DNA of 64,000 bases from an uncultured Gemmatimonadales bacterium (lineage in GTDB: Bacteria; Gemmatimonadota; Gemmatimonadetes; Longimicrobiales; Gaopeijiaceae): positions 64,001-128,000 of the forward strand of contig CAWGKG010000007.1 of NCBI GenBank assembly GCA_963823035.1, given 5' to 3'. Positions 42,369 through 52,796 of the stretch are shown here, in pieces (position 1 is the first letter of the stretch; each line of letters opens with the position of its first letter). The position numbers and the translations under genes were made by a program. The notes under the pieces are model-generated. The model searched no databases and was not told the DNA's origin. It was given only the letters and a program-made list of their open reading frames with translations.

Positions 42369-43277
42369 CTATCCTCGGGGGTGGAACCTACGGTGCACGT
42401 CCCGCAGGTACGCCCGGTCGACGTGCGTGTAGATCTGCGTGGTGGCGATGTCCACGTGGCCGAGCAGCTCCTGGACGGCCGCCAGGTCCGCGCCCCCCTC
42501 CAGGAGATGCGTCGCGAAGGTGTGCCGCAGCGTGTGGGGTGACACCTTCCGGCGGATCCCCGCCCTCCGGGCCGCCTCCTTCACGATCCCCCATACGGCC
42601 ACCCGCGACAGCGGCGCGCCCCGGGCGTTGAGGAAGACCCGCCCCTTCCCCTTTCCCTTCCCGCGCGCCTCCAGTCCGGGGCGCACCTCGCTCAGGTAGC
42701 GCGCCAGGGCGCGCAGCGCCGGCGCACCAACCGGCACCAGGCGCTCCTTCGCGCCCTTCCCGAACACGACCAGGAACGCCTCGTCGTGGTCCACGGAGCC
42801 GAGCTCGAGTCCGACCAGCTCGGACACGCGCACGCCCGAGGCGTAGAGGAGCTCGAGGACGGCACGGTCCCGCCAGTAGAGAGGGTCGTTCTCGTCCGGC
42901 GCCTCGAGGAGCCGACCGACCTCGGCGTGCGAGAGGAAGTCCGGGAGTCGGCGCCCGAGGCGGGGTGCCTCCAGCCGCTCGGTCGGATCGTTCGTCACGG
43001 CGCCTTCGGCCAGGAGGAAGGCGAAGTAGGTGCGCAGCGCCGATTGGGCGCGTCGGATCGACGCCGGCGCCAGCCCGGAGTCCTTGAGCGCGAACACCCA
43101 GTCGCGCAGCGACGCGGAGGTGACGGCGGCGGGGTCGACGATGCCGCGCCCCTCCATGAACGCCGCCCAGCGGCCGAGGTCCCGGGCGTACGCGGTGACC
43201 GTGCGGTCGGAGAGGCCGCGCTCGAACGTCAGGTAGTCCTGGAACTGCTCGAAGCGGAAGGCGCGCGACTCACTCAT
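42369..43277 (-). CDS. xerD: Tyrosine recombinase XerD
   Basis: ERGLSDRTVTAY, RDRAVLELLYASGVRVSEL, GKGAKERLVP, SPHTLRHTFATHLLEGGADL..VQELLGH..IATTQIYTHV, HPRG. Confidence 0.92.
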   Translation of the reverse strand: MSESRAFRFEQFQDYLTFERGLSDRTVTAYARDLGRWAAFMEGRGIVDPAAVTSASLRDWVFALKDSGLAPASIRRAQSALRTYFAFLLAEGAVTNDPTERLEAPRLGRRLPDFLSHAEVGRLLEAPDENDPLYWRDRAVLELLYASGVRVSELVGLELGSVDHDEAFLVVFGKGAKERLVPVGAPALRALARYLSEVRPGLEARGKGKGKGRVFLNARGAPLSRVAVWGIVKEAARRAGIRRKVSPHTLRHTFATHLLEGGADLAAVQELLGHVDIATTQIYTHVDRAYLRDVHRRFHPRG

Positions 43278-43887
43278 GACGCCCATGGTGGCGCGTGCGC
43301 CACCACCACACCAGCACGGCCCCGAACGCCAACAGCGCCACCCCGAGCAGCCAGCCGTTGACGCGGCCCAGAAGGGCGAGCACGGCGTCGAGGTTCCGTC
43401 CGGCGTACGCGCCCGCCCACACCAGCGCGCCGTACCAGATCGCCGAGGCCAGCGCGAGGGGGATGGCGACCGGGAGGAGAGGCTGGTGCGTGACACCCGC
43501 GAAGACGGGCACCACCGACCGGAGCCCCGGGAGAAAGCGGGTGAGGAAGACGGCAGCGGTCCCGAAGCGGTCGTAGAAGCCGACCATGCGCTTCATCTGG
43601 TGGGGGTTGAGGACGTGTCGCCCCCATCCCGCCGAGAAGAACGTCCGACCGTGGCGGTGGCCCACGCGGTACATCGCGATCGCCGAGGCCACGTTGCACA
43701 CCCAGGTAGCCAGGAACACCCAGCGCGCCTGGAGGCCGCCTACTTCGGAGAGGAAGCCCCCGAGGACGACGAAGGTGTCGGCGGGCACGGCCGGGACCAC
43801 GTTCTCCAGGGCCGCGCCGGTACCGAGAAGCGCGTAGATGAGCAGGTCCGGCAGGGCCTGGAACCAGGCGAGGACCTGTTGCCCCAT
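43270..43887 (-). CDS. DedA family membrane protein
   Basis: LENVVPAVPAD, FLTRFLPGLRSVVPVFAG. Confidence 0.88.
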   Translation of the reverse strand: MGQQVLAWFQALPDLLIYALLGTGAALENVVPAVPADTFVVLGGFLSEVGGLQARWVFLATWVCNVASAIAMYRVGHRHGRTFFSAGWGRHVLNPHQMKRMVGFYDRFGTAAVFLTRFLPGLRSVVPVFAGVTHQPLLPVAIPLALASAIWYGALVWAGAYAGRNLDAVLALLGRVNGWLLGVALLAFGAVLVWWWRTRHHGRHE

Positions 43888-43902
43888 GGTGACGCCCGAC
43901 GG

Positions 43903-44424
43903 CTAGACGGGGAGCCCCTCGTCGGCCGCGCCCCAGGTCGCGTCGAAGCCGCCGATGGAGTCGATGAGGGCGACCGCGTGCACGGCCACACCTTCGCCAC
44001 GGCCGACCCACCCCATCCCTTCGTTCGTCTTCCCCTTCACCGACACGGCGCCCGCGCCGATCCGGAGCACGTCGCCCAGCCGGCGGCGCATCGCCTCCAC
44101 GTGGGGCGCGATGCGGGGGGTCTCGCAGACCACCGTCACGTCCACGTTCACGACCTGGTAGTTGCCCGACTCGAGCACGTGGACGGCCCTGCCCAGGAGG
44201 TCCATCGAGTCGGCGTCCTTCCACTTCTCCTCGGACGGCGGAAAGTGGCTGCCGACATCACCGGCGGACGCGGCGCCGAGGATCGCGTCGATCACGGCGT
44301 GCGCGACCGCGTCCCCGTCGGAGTGGCCGCTGAGCCCCGCGTGGTCGGGGATGCGGACCCCGCCCAGGATCAGCGGGCGACCCTCCTCGAAGCGATGCGA
44401 GTCGTAGCCGGTGCCTACCCGCAT
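43903..44424 (-). CDS. ispF: 2-C-methyl-D-erythritol 2,4-cyclodiphosphate synthase
   Basis: MRVGTGYDSH, GHSDGD, GDVGSHFP, KGKTNEGMG..GRGEG. Confidence 0.95.
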   Translation of the reverse strand: MRVGTGYDSHRFEEGRPLILGGVRIPDHAGLSGHSDGDAVAHAVIDAILGAASAGDVGSHFPPSEEKWKDADSMDLLGRAVHVLESGNYQVVNVDVTVVCETPRIAPHVEAMRRRLGDVLRIGAGAVSVKGKTNEGMGWVGRGEGVAVHAVALIDSIGGFDATWGAADEGLPV

Positions 44425-44454
44425 GGAGCCACTCCTCGCGCGCGGCTCACCCGG

Positions 44455-45726
44455 CTACTCCCACCTCCGGATGGCCAGGCACACGTTGTGGCCCCCGAAG
44501 CCGAAGGAGTTGCTCAGGGCCAGCCGAACAGGCCGCTCCACGACGCCCCCGTGCGCGTAGTCCAGGTCACAGGCGGGATCCGCTTCCTCGAAGTTGATCG
44601 TCGGCGGGATCTTCCCCTCCCGCATCGTCTGGATCGTCAGGATCGCCTCGAGCGCGCCCGCGGCGCCCAGGAGGTGGCCGGTCATCGACTTGGTCGAGCC
44701 CATGACGATCTCGTACGCGCGCTCGCCCAGAACCTCCTTGACGGCGTGCGTCTCGATGGCGTCGGCCATCGTGGACGTGCCGTGGGCGTTCACGTAGTCC
44801 ACCCCCTCGGGGCCCACGCCGGCGTAGCGCATGGCCATGCGCATGGCGCTCTGAGCGCCGTAGCCGTCCGGCGGGGGTGCGGTGATGTGGTGGGCGTCAC
44901 CCGACAGCCCGTAGCCCACGATCTCGGCGTAGATCGTCGCGCCGCGCGCCTGCGCGTGCTCGAGCGACTCCAGGACGACCGCCCCCGATCCCTCTCCCAT
45001 GACGAAGCCGTCGCGGTGGAGGTCGAACGGCCGGCTGGCCGTCTTCGGGTCGTCGTTGCGGGTGGTCATCGCCTTCATCGCCGCGAAGCCGGCCACGGTC
45101 ATCGGGGTGATCGTCGCCTCGGCACCGCCCGCCAGCATCATGTCGGCGTCGCCATGCCGGATGTGGCGTGCCGCGTCGCCGATCGCGTGCGCCGAAGAGG
45201 CGCACGCCGACACCGTGGCGTAGTTGGGCCCCTGCAGGCCCCACTGGATGGAGATCAGCCCCGCGGAGATGTCCGGGATGAACATCGGGACGAAGAACGG
45301 GCTCACGCGGTTGGGGCCGTGCTCGATGAGCTTGCGGTGCTGCTCCTCGAAGGTGGCGATCCCCCCGATGCCGCTGCCGAAGATGACGCCGAAGCGCTGC
45401 GCCTCGATCCCTTCCGGCACGCCCTCGACGCCCGCGGACTTCATCGCCTGCGCCGAAGCGGCCAGCGCGAACTGCGACACGCGGTCGAAGCGGCGCGCGT
45501 CCTTCCGCTCCATGTACAGCAGCGGCTCGAAGTCCTTCACCTCGCACGCGACGCGCGTGGCGAAGTCCTCCGTGGCGTCGAACGCCCGGATCGTGTCGGC
45601 GCCGCTGGTGCCCGCCAGGATGGAGGCCCAGGTGCTCTCCAGGTCGTTGCCCACGGGAGAGACCACACCCATCCCGGTGACGACGACCCGGCGCTCCTCG
45701 CGGCCTTCTCCGTTCCCCATCGTCAT
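44455..45726 (-). CDS. fabF: Beta-ketoacyl-ACP synthase II
   Basis: [44 protein letters not shown]. Confidence 0.96.
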   Translation of the reverse strand: MTMGNGEGREERRVVVTGMGVVSPVGNDLESTWASILAGTSGADTIRAFDATEDFATRVACEVKDFEPLLYMERKDARRFDRVSQFALAASAQAMKSAGVEGVPEGIEAQRFGVIFGSGIGGIATFEEQHRKLIEHGPNRVSPFFVPMFIPDISAGLISIQWGLQGPNYATVSACASSAHAIGDAARHIRHGDADMMLAGGAEATITPMTVAGFAAMKAMTTRNDDPKTASRPFDLHRDGFVMGEGSGAVVLESLEHAQARGATIYAEIVGYGLSGDAHHITAPPPDGYGAQSAMRMAMRYAGVGPEGVDYVNAHGTSTMADAIETHAVKEVLGERAYEIVMGSTKSMTGHLLGAAGALEAILTIQTMREGKIPPTINFEEADPACDLDYAHGGVVERPVRLALSNSFGFGGHNVCLAIRRWE

Positions 45727-45746
45727 CCCGTCTTCCCCGTGCGCCC

Positions 45747-45995
45747 TCAGCCCTGCCCGCTGCTGTTCTTCTTCAGGTAGGAGATGGCGTCACCCACGGT
45801 GCGCATCTGCTCGGCGTCCTCGTCGGGGATGTCGATCCCGAACTCCTCCTCGAACGCCATCACGAGCTCGACCGTGTCGAGCGAGTCGGCCCCGAGGTCC
45901 TCGACGAAGCTGGCGTCGTCCGTGACCTTCTCGGGCTCGACCCCCAGCTCGTTGATGATGATCTCCTTCACTCGGGCCTCGGTGGGCTCGCTCAT
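45747..45995 (-). CDS. acpP: Acyl carrier protein
   Basis: [30 protein letters not shown]. Confidence 0.97.
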   Translation of the reverse strand: MSEPTEARVKEIIINELGVEPEKVTDDASFVEDLGADSLDTVELVMAFEEEFGIDIPDEDAEQMRTVGDAISYLKKNSSGQG

Positions 45996-46062
45996 GTTGC
46001 CTCCTTGGGGGTTGTGCAGATATCGGTTCGAAGAAAATCGGAAGATCGTGAGGTACGGCAAC

Positions 46063-46806
46063 TCACATCGCCATGCCGCCGTCCACGGTCAGAATCTGGC
46101 CGGTAATGTAGCGGGCCGCGGGGCCCACGAGAAAGCGAGCGGCGCCGGCCACGTCCTCGGCGTCTCCGAGGTGCCCGAGGGGGATCTGCTTCAGCAGTCC
46201 TTCCACCTGCGACTCGGACAGCTCGCCGGTCATGTCGGTACGGATGAAACCCGGGGCGATGGCGTTGCAGCGGACGTTCCGCGACGCGAGCTCGCGCGCC
46301 ACGCTCTTGGTCAGCCCGACCAGCCCCGCCTTCGAGGCGGCGTAGTTCACCTGGCCCGCGTTGCCGATGAGCCCCACCACCGACGTGATGTTCAGGATCG
46401 ACCCGTCGCGACGACGCATCATCCCGCGTGTGACGGCACGGACGAAGTTGAAGGTGCCCTTGAGGTTGGTGGCGATCACCTCATCGAAATCCTCAACGGA
46501 CATCCGCATCAACAGGTTGTCCCGTGTGATGCCGGCGTTGTTCACGAGGATGTCCACGGCCCCCTGCGCCGACTCCACGGCGCCGACCGTCTCCTGGACC
46601 CGCTCGGTGTCCGCGACGTCGCAGGCGTATCCGGCGTGCCCCTCGCCCGGGAGGCCGGCGGCCGCGGTCGCGGCGCGCTCCCCGTCGCGGGCCACCACGG
46701 CGACGCGCGCACCGGCCTCGGCGAGCGCCTTCGCGATCGCAAGGCCGATTCCACGCGACCCTCCCGTGACGAGGGCGACCTTTCCGTCCAACTCGCGTTC
46801 GCTCAT
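46063..46806 (-). CDS. fabG: 3-oxoacyl-ACP reductase
   Basis: [38 protein letters not shown]. Confidence 0.96.
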   Translation of the reverse strand: MSERELDGKVALVTGGSRGIGLAIAKALAEAGARVAVVARDGERAATAAAGLPGEGHAGYACDVADTERVQETVGAVESAQGAVDILVNNAGITRDNLLMRMSVEDFDEVIATNLKGTFNFVRAVTRGMMRRRDGSILNITSVVGLIGNAGQVNYAASKAGLVGLTKSVARELASRNVRCNAIAPGFIRTDMTGELSESQVEGLLKQIPLGHLGDAEDVAGAARFLVGPAARYITGQILTVDGGMAM

Positions 46807-47723
46807 GGGGTCCACCCCTCGATGTCGTCGGGCCCGCCCAGCGACGGTGCAGGGAACGCCCTTGGCGTTGCGCTTGTTCAGCCCACACAGAACGCTGCCC
46901 GGTCCGAGCTCGAGGAAGCGGTCCACGCCCGCCTCGAGCATCGCGGGCACGGACGCCGACCAGCGCACCGGAGAGGTGAGCTGCTCCACGAGGAGTCCGC
47001 GCGCCACGTCTCCGTCGTCGACCGGCCGGGCCGTGACGTTGGACACCACCGGGATACCCGGGCGCGGCGAAATCGACGGACGCGAGCTTGTCGCGCAGGC
47101 CGTCCGCCGCGGGCTCCATGAGCGGCGAGTGGAACGCCCCGGACACCTTGAGCGGCATGACCCGCTTCGCGCCCGCCTCGGTCGCGAGGGCCATCCCCTG
47201 CTCCACGCCCGCCTCGTCCCCGCTGACGACGACCTGGCCGGCCGTGTTGAAGTTGGCAGGCACGCACACGCCGCGATCGACGCGGGCGCATACCTCCTCG
47301 ACGGCGGCGTCCTCGAGCCCGAGGATCGCGGCCATCGTGCCCGGGCGCTCCTTCCCCGCCTTCGACATGAGCTCGCCGCGGAGGCGCACGGCCTCGAGGG
47401 CGTCGCGGAAGGAGAGCGCGCCGGCCGCGACGTACGCGCTGAACTCGCCGAGGGAGTGGCCGGCCGCGAAGGCCACCGGTCCCAGCCGCTCACGGACCAC
47501 ACGGAGCACGGCCACCGAGTGCGCGAGGATGGCGGGCTGCGCGTTGCGCGTCTCCGTCAGCGTCGTCTTCCGGTCCGTCCGCCATCAGGGCGGAGAGGCG
47601 GAAGCCGAGCACGTCGTCGGCCTCGGCGAGCGTCTCGGCGGCGGCCGGATAGGCATCGGCGAGCGCCCGGCCCATGCCCACGACCTGCGATCCCTGTCCG
47701 GGAAAGAGGAGTGCCAGCGTCAC
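46803..47723 (-). CDS. fabD: Malonyl-CoA:ACP transacylase; about three frameshifts
   Basis: LFPGQGSQ, GHSLGE, VSGAFHSPLM, QLTSPVRW, ELGPG spread over several frames. Confidence 0.92.
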
Positions 47724-47745
47724 GATGTCCTTCCCCGTCCGAGAA

Positions 47746-48741
47746 TCAGAAGCGCCAGACTTGCGCGCCCCACGTGAGGCCGGCGCCGAAGGCGGTGCTC
47801 AGGACGTTGGCACCCTCGCCGATGCGGCCCTGCTCGAGTGCTTCGTCGAGCGCCACCGGGATCGACGCCGAGCTCATGTTGCCGTACCGATCCAGGTTGA
47901 TCACGACCTTCTCGATCGGGATGCCGGCATACTTCGCCGTGGCTTCGATGATGCGGATGTTGGCCTGGTGCGGCACCAACAGGTCCACGTCTTCGGCCGT
48001 GAGGCCCGCGTCGTGGAGCGCCACGTGGGTCGCCTCGGCCATCGAGCGCACCGCGTTCTTGAAGACCTCGCGGCCCTCCATGCGGACCAGATGGCTGCGG
48101 TCGTGCAGCACCTGCTCGGTCATCGGGATGCGCACGCCGCCGGCCGGCCGCCAGAGAAGGTGGGCCAGGTTCCCGTCCGAACGCAGGTGGCTCGACAGGA
48201 TGCCACGCTCCGAACCGTTCGCCGGCTTGACCACCGCGGCCCCCGCACCGTCCCCGAAGAGAACGCACGTCGAGCGGTCCTCCCAGTTGACGATGGCGCT
48301 CATCTTCTCCGTGGAGACGACCAGAGCGACCTCGCCCCGCCCCGCGGCCAGGTAGCCCTCGGCCATCGACAGACCGTACAGGAAGCCGCTGCACGCCGCC
48401 ATGATGTCGAAGGCCACGGCGTTGCCGCAGCCGAGCAGGGCCTGCGTGTCGCAGGCCGTGGACGGCAGCCAGCGATCGGGCGTGGCGGTCGACAGGATGA
48501 GGATGTCGATCTCACCCACGTCGACCCCGGCGCGCTCCATGGCGCACCGGGCGGCCGCCGCACCCATGTAGGCGGCGGTCTCCTCGTCGTTGGCGTGGTG
48601 ACGGGAACGGATCCCCGTGCGGGACGTGATCCACTCGTCCGACGTGTCCATCCGCTTCGCCAGGTCGTCGTTCGTGACGACCTTCCCCGGCAGATAGCGG
48701 CCCGTCGCGACGATCTCGACGAGAGGGGCAGGATGTCTCAT
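47746..48741 (-). CDS. fabH: Beta-ketoacyl-ACP synthase III
   Basis: AACSGF, LFGDGAGA, PHQANIRII, GNMSSASIP, FGAGLTW. Confidence 0.96.
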   Translation of the reverse strand: MRHPAPLVEIVATGRYLPGKVVTNDDLAKRMDTSDEWITSRTGIRSRHHANDEETAAYMGAAAARCAMERAGVDVGEIDILILSTATPDRWLPSTACDTQALLGCGNAVAFDIMAACSGFLYGLSMAEGYLAAGRGEVALVVSTEKMSAIVNWEDRSTCVLFGDGAGAAVVKPANGSERGILSSHLRSDGNLAHLLWRPAGGVRIPMTEQVLHDRSHLVRMEGREVFKNAVRSMAEATHVALHDAGLTAEDVDLLVPHQANIRIIEATAKYAGIPIEKVVINLDRYGNMSSASIPVALDEALEQGRIGEGANVLSTAFGAGLTWGAQVWRF

Positions 48742-49740
48742 GGCGCTTCCTGGGAGGGTCCCGGGGCAGCGAGCTCCCGGGCGATGTGCTTCACCATGTC
48801 GGAGCGTACCGCTCGCGCCGCAACACCGATGGCGTTGCTCACCGCCCGCGGCGACGACTCACCATGGCAGATGATGGAGACCCCGCCCACACCCAGGAGC
48901 GGCGCCCCGCCGTATTCCGCGTAGTCGAGGACCCGGAAGACGCGTCTCGAGGTCGACGTCCCGGTTCCCCTCACGCAGCTCCTTCTTCAGCAGGCCGACG
49001 ATGAACGCGGCCACCGACTCGTAGAACTTCAGCAGCACGTTGCCGACGAACCCGTCGGCGACCACCACGTCGCAGACGCCGAGGATGATGTCGCGCCCCT
49101 CGACGTTGCCCATGAAGTCGAGGCCCCCGCTCCGCCGAGAGCAGCCGATGCGTCTCGACGGTCAGCTCGTCGCCCTTCTCGGGCTCCTCGCCGATGTTGA
49201 GGAGCGCCACCCGCGGGACGCTCCACGCCCATCAGGTCCTGCGCGTAGATGTTGCCCAGCTGGGCGAACTGCACCAGGTGCTGCGGCTTGCAGTCCACGT
49301 TCGCGCCCGCGTCCAGCAGGAGGCATGGGCGGCCTGCCGTGGGCAGCACCGTGCCGATCGCGGGACGGTCGACGCCGGGCAGGGGGCGCAGCGTGAACAG
49401 CGAGGTCGCCATGACCGCGCCGGTGGAGCCGGCGCTCACGAAGGCGTCGGCCTCGCCGGCCTGCACCATCTTGAGCCCCACGACGATCGACGACTCCGGC
49501 TTGCGTCGGAGCACCGACGCGGGGGAGTCCGCCGCCGTCACCCGATCGGGTGCGTGGTGGAGGTGGAGTCGTTCGAGGGGGGCATCGGGGTAGGTCGGCC
49601 AACTCGGCCTCGACGATCGCCCGGTCTCCGACCAGGACGACCTCGATGTCAGGCTCCAGCTCCCGGAGGGCACCGACCGCGCCCGCGACCTCGGCCGCGG
49701 GCGCGTGATCCGTGCCCATCGCGTCCAGGACGATGCGCAC
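48738..49740 (-). CDS. plsX: Phosphate acyltransferase; about four frameshifts
   Basis: [61 protein letters not shown] spread across frames. Confidence 0.92.
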
Positions 49741-49752
49741 CGGTTGCGACGT

Positions 49753-49935
49753 CTACTCTTCGTCGATCTGTAGAACCGGCTTGCCCCGGTAGTGCCCGCA
49801 CGAGGGGCAGACCCGATGAGGAAGCTTCGGGTCGCCGCATTTCGGGCAGGTGTAGAGCGTCACCGGCTCCGCCTTGTAGTGCGTGCGCCGCTTCCGCTTG
49901 CGCTGCTTCGACGTCCTCTTCTTGGGAACAGCCAT
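49753..49935 (-). CDS. rpmF: 50S ribosomal protein L32 (Zn-ribbon form)
   Basis: [34 protein letters not shown]. Confidence 0.96.
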   Translation of the reverse strand: MAVPKKRTSKQRKRKRRTHYKAEPVTLYTCPKCGDPKLPHRVCPSCGHYRGKPVLQIDEE

Positions 49936-49942
49936 GGCCAGA

Positions 49943-50455
49943 TCACTCTTCCTTGAGGGCCCGGAGCGCATCCCACCGGGGGTCGGGCTCGTCCCGCGAG
50001 CAACCGCACTCCTCGGTGTTCCGATTCGCGCCGCACCGCGGACACAAGCCCCTGCACTCCTGGTCACAAACGACATACGGGTCGAAGGCGAGGACCATCT
50101 CCTCGCGCAACGGCTCACTCAAATCCAACATCGAGGCCCGGGCATCGAAGACGCGTGTCTCTCCGTCCTCCGCGATCCCGGGCGTGTCCGACGACAGAAA
50201 GACCAGCGTGATCTCCTGCGCCAGCGTCCCCACGACCGGCTCGAGGCAGCGTCTGCACTCCTGGGCGAGACGAGCCTCCACCTCTCCTCGGACCACGACC
50301 TCGCCGCTCCCGGCCGCGCTCGCGCGCAGACGGACGTGGACCGGGCCGTCGAACGTGAATTCCGTGTCCTTCCAGAGCGGATCGTCCGCCGGGACGTCCG
50401 CGTCGACACGGACCACGCCCTCCCTGTCCAGCCGAGCGAGATCGAGCCTGAGCAT
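49943..50455 (-). CDS. yceD: DUF177/YceD family protein
   Basis: [22 protein letters not shown]; directly upstream of rpmF. Confidence 0.9.
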   Translation of the reverse strand: MLRLDLARLDREGVVRVDADVPADDPLWKDTEFTFDGPVHVRLRASAAGSGEVVVRGEVEARLAQECRRCLEPVVGTLAQEITLVFLSSDTPGIAEDGETRVFDARASMLDLSEPLREEMVLAFDPYVVCDQECRGLCPRCGANRNTEECGCSRDEPDPRWDALRALKEE

Positions 50456-50463
50456 AGCTTGAA

Positions 50464-50492
50464 AAGCTAGCCGGGGCCCCCTGGAGTGTCCA
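50464..50492 (-). promoter_or_regulatory. Putative sigma70 promoter of yceD-rpmF-plsX-fab
   Basis: TGGACA-N17-TAGCTT; the -10 element ends 8 nt before the ATG. Confidence 0.55.
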
Positions 50493-50506
50493 CCCTTCGC
50501 GCCGTG

Positions 50507-50932
50507 TTACGGGGCCGTGGCGATTCTGTCCTGCGAGGAGAAGAAGAAAGCCGTCTCGATCGTGGCGTTCTCGTCCGAGTCCGAGGCGTGGATGGCGTTG
50601 TGGCCCTTGGACTCCGCGTAGAGCTTGCGGACCGTGCCCTCCTTCGCCTCCGCCGGATCCGTGGCACCGATCGCCTCGCGGAGCGCCAGGACGGCGTCGT
50701 CCGCCTCCAGGATCATCGGGATGCACGGCCCGGAGGTCATGAACGTGACGAGCTCGTCGTAGAACGGCCGACCCTCGTGCACGGCGTAGAACGCCCGGGC
50801 CTGCGCGGCGGAGAGGCGGGTCATGCGCAGGGCGCGGACGCCGAAGCCCGCGCCCTCGAGGTGCGCGAGGATCTTGCCGGCCTTGCCCGCCGCCACGGCG
50901 TCGGGCTTGATGATCGCTAGGGTCTGGCTCAT
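50507..50932 (-). CDS. ndk: Nucleoside diphosphate kinase
   Basis: TLAIIKPDAV, FYAVHEGRPF, GATDP..A..GTVR, NAIHASDS. Confidence 0.96.
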   Translation of the reverse strand: MSQTLAIIKPDAVAAGKAGKILAHLEGAGFGVRALRMTRLSAAQARAFYAVHEGRPFYDELVTFMTSGPCIPMILEADDAVLALREAIGATDPAEAKEGTVRKLYAESKGHNAIHASDSDENATIETAFFFSSQDRIATAP

Positions 50933-51870
50933 GAACGCGGCTCGCTTTCTTCCTCTTCACTGGATGGGTTCCCGCGGGCCCCGTGCAGGGCCCGCAGGAT
51001 CGACTCCCGGGTGACGAAGCCCACGAGCTCGCCCTCCCGTACCACCGGGATCTGCTCGACGTCCCGGTTGACCATCATGTTCGCGGCCTCGGACAGCGCC
51101 TGGTCCTCCGACACGCACAGCACCGAGCGCGTCATGAAGTCGCGGGCCGTCGCGGACTCCGTCCTTTCCTTTTCCTTCACGTCGTCGTCCCCCCGCCGGA
51201 TCGGGCGCAACATGTGCGCCAATGCGTCACCCGAGGTGAGGATGCCGAGCACCTCGTAGCGCTCCCCGACCACGGGCACCGCGTGCACGCCACGCCGGAC
51301 CATGAGGTCCACCACCTCGCCCACCGGCGTGTCCGGGTAGACACGGTAGCGGACCGCCACGAGGGCGTCCTCCACGAGAAGCCGCGGATGCACCTCCGTG
51401 TCCATCAGCTCACGCAGGGCGCGGAGGTCCTCGACCGACCGGGCCGCCAGGAGCCGCTCGGTCTGCTTCGGGTCCCTCAGCACCCGGGCAATGGCGGGCA
51501 CGATGTCCTGGCGCGCCCCCGTGAGCTTCCCGTGCACCAGCACGAGCACCACGGCCCGAGCCGTAGCCGGCTCCTCCTCCCCCTTCACCGCTTCGGCCAA
51601 CCGGAACGGCTCGTTCGCCACCCCGATGGCCAGGGCGGGCTCCTCGAGCGCCTCGAGCGTTCCGATCACCGCGACCACCTGGTCGTTGACGTGCACGATC
51701 TCGCCCTGGACGCCACCGGCGAGGTCACGGGCCAGGTTCCTGGCCCGTGTGCTCCCCAGGACCCCTTCGTCGGAGGCCCGCCCGAGCAACGCCTCCAGGG
51801 CGTCGCCCAGGTCGCCCGCCTCGAGAGGCAGGGCGACCCACGCGTCCACCAGGAGTTCAGAGAGCTTCAT
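50929..51870 (-). CDS. CBS-pair protein with degenerate PTS EIIA-like N-terminal domain
   Basis: C-terminal CBS pair (VHAVPVV..GILT..D; EQIPVV..GFVTRESIL); the N-terminus MKLSELL..V.LPLEA.D..DAL..L resembles EIIA(Ntr/Fru). Confidence 0.75.
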   Translation of the reverse strand: MKLSELLVDAWVALPLEAGDLGDALEALLGRASDEGVLGSTRARNLARDLAGGVQGEIVHVNDQVVAVIGTLEALEEPALAIGVANEPFRLAEAVKGEEEPATARAVVLVLVHGKLTGARQDIVPAIARVLRDPKQTERLLAARSVEDLRALRELMDTEVHPRLLVEDALVAVRYRVYPDTPVGEVVDLMVRRGVHAVPVVGERYEVLGILTSGDALAHMLRPIRRGDDDVKEKERTESATARDFMTRSVLCVSEDQALSEAANMMVNRDVEQIPVVREGELVGFVTRESILRALHGARGNPSSEEEESEPRS

Positions 51871-51904
51871 GTCGCCGTCCCCGGTGAAGGGGCCTGTCGT
51901 CCCC

Positions 51905-52789
51905 TCAGGCGAGTGCTTCCTGAAGCAGGCCGACGATGTCCACGGGGCGCTCTGCCACCGCGATCCCGTTGTCCTGGAAGGCCTTGATCTTCTCCTCGGC
52001 CGTACCGGCGGAGCCGCTGATGATGGCACCGGCGTGGCCCATGCGCCGCCCCGGAGGCGCCGTCCGCCCGGCGATGAAGCCCACGACCGGCTTGGACATG
52101 TTGGCCTTCACGTAGGCCGCGGCCTCCTGCTCGTCCGTGCCGCCGATCTCACCGATCATGACGACGCCGGTCGTGTCCGGGTCTTCCTCGAACGCCTTCA
52201 GGCAGTCGATGAAGTTGGTGCCGATAAGCGGGTCGCCGCCGATCCCTACGCACGTGGTCTGCCCCAGCCCGACATTCGTGAGCTGGAAGACCGCTTCGTA
52301 GGTGAGCGTTCCGGACCGCGACACCAGCCCGATAGGGCCCTCCGCCACGATCTGCGGCGGGAGGATACCGACCTTGGCCTTCCCGGGGGAGATGAGCCCC
52401 GGGCAATTCGGGCCGATCACCCGGACCCCGTGATCGCGCGCGAAGGCGTGGGCACGCGCCATGTCCTGCACGGGAACGCCCTCCGTGATGGCCACGACCA
52501 GCTTCACGCCGGCGTCGGCCGCTTCCATCACCGCGCCGGCTGCGAAGGCCGGTGGGACGTAGATGACCGACGTGTTCGCGCCGGTCTCGGCGACGGCCTC
52601 GTCCATGCCGTTGAAGATCGGGACCAAGGCGCCGTCCGGCCCCTCGAAGCTCTGGCCCCCCTTGCCCGGGGTGACGCCCGCGACCACCTGCGTGCCGTAC
52701 TCCATCATCTGGCGCGTGTGGAAGGAGCCGTCGCGCCCGGTGATGCCCTGGACGACGAGCCGCGTGTCCTTGTCGATGAAGATCGCCAT
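51905..52789 (-). CDS. sucD: Succinyl-CoA synthetase alpha subunit
   Basis: [35 protein letters not shown]. Confidence 0.97.
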   Translation of the reverse strand: MAIFIDKDTRLVVQGITGRDGSFHTRQMMEYGTQVVAGVTPGKGGQSFEGPDGALVPIFNGMDEAVAETGANTSVIYVPPAFAAGAVMEAADAGVKLVVAITEGVPVQDMARAHAFARDHGVRVIGPNCPGLISPGKAKVGILPPQIVAEGPIGLVSRSGTLTYEAVFQLTNVGLGQTTCVGIGGDPLIGTNFIDCLKAFEEDPDTTGVVMIGEIGGTDEQEAAAYVKANMSKPVVGFIAGRTAPPGRRMGHAGAIISGSAGTAEEKIKAFQDNGIAVAERPVDIVGLLQEALA

Positions 52790-52796
52790 GGGGTCT

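Noticed and set aside
42369..43277. Phage or island integrase marking a mobile element
   Set aside because: Typical XerD length and motifs, embedded in housekeeping genes, with no att repeats, cargo or composition shift.
43276..45780. Long antisense and alternate-frame ORFs (e.g. 834 aa here, also 35698..38373 and 60233..63280)
   Set aside because: Shadow ORFs expected at high GC: Arg/Pro/Gly-rich, without family motifs, and overlapping well-supported genes.
46063..47502. FabD-FabG fusion
   Set aside because: An indel just before the fabD stop causes read-through; an ATGA overlap at 46803-46806 marks the normal junction.
46803..49740. fabD and plsX as true pseudogenes
   Set aside because: All catalytic motifs remain, the genes are core lipid-synthesis functions, and similar indels occur across the whole window.
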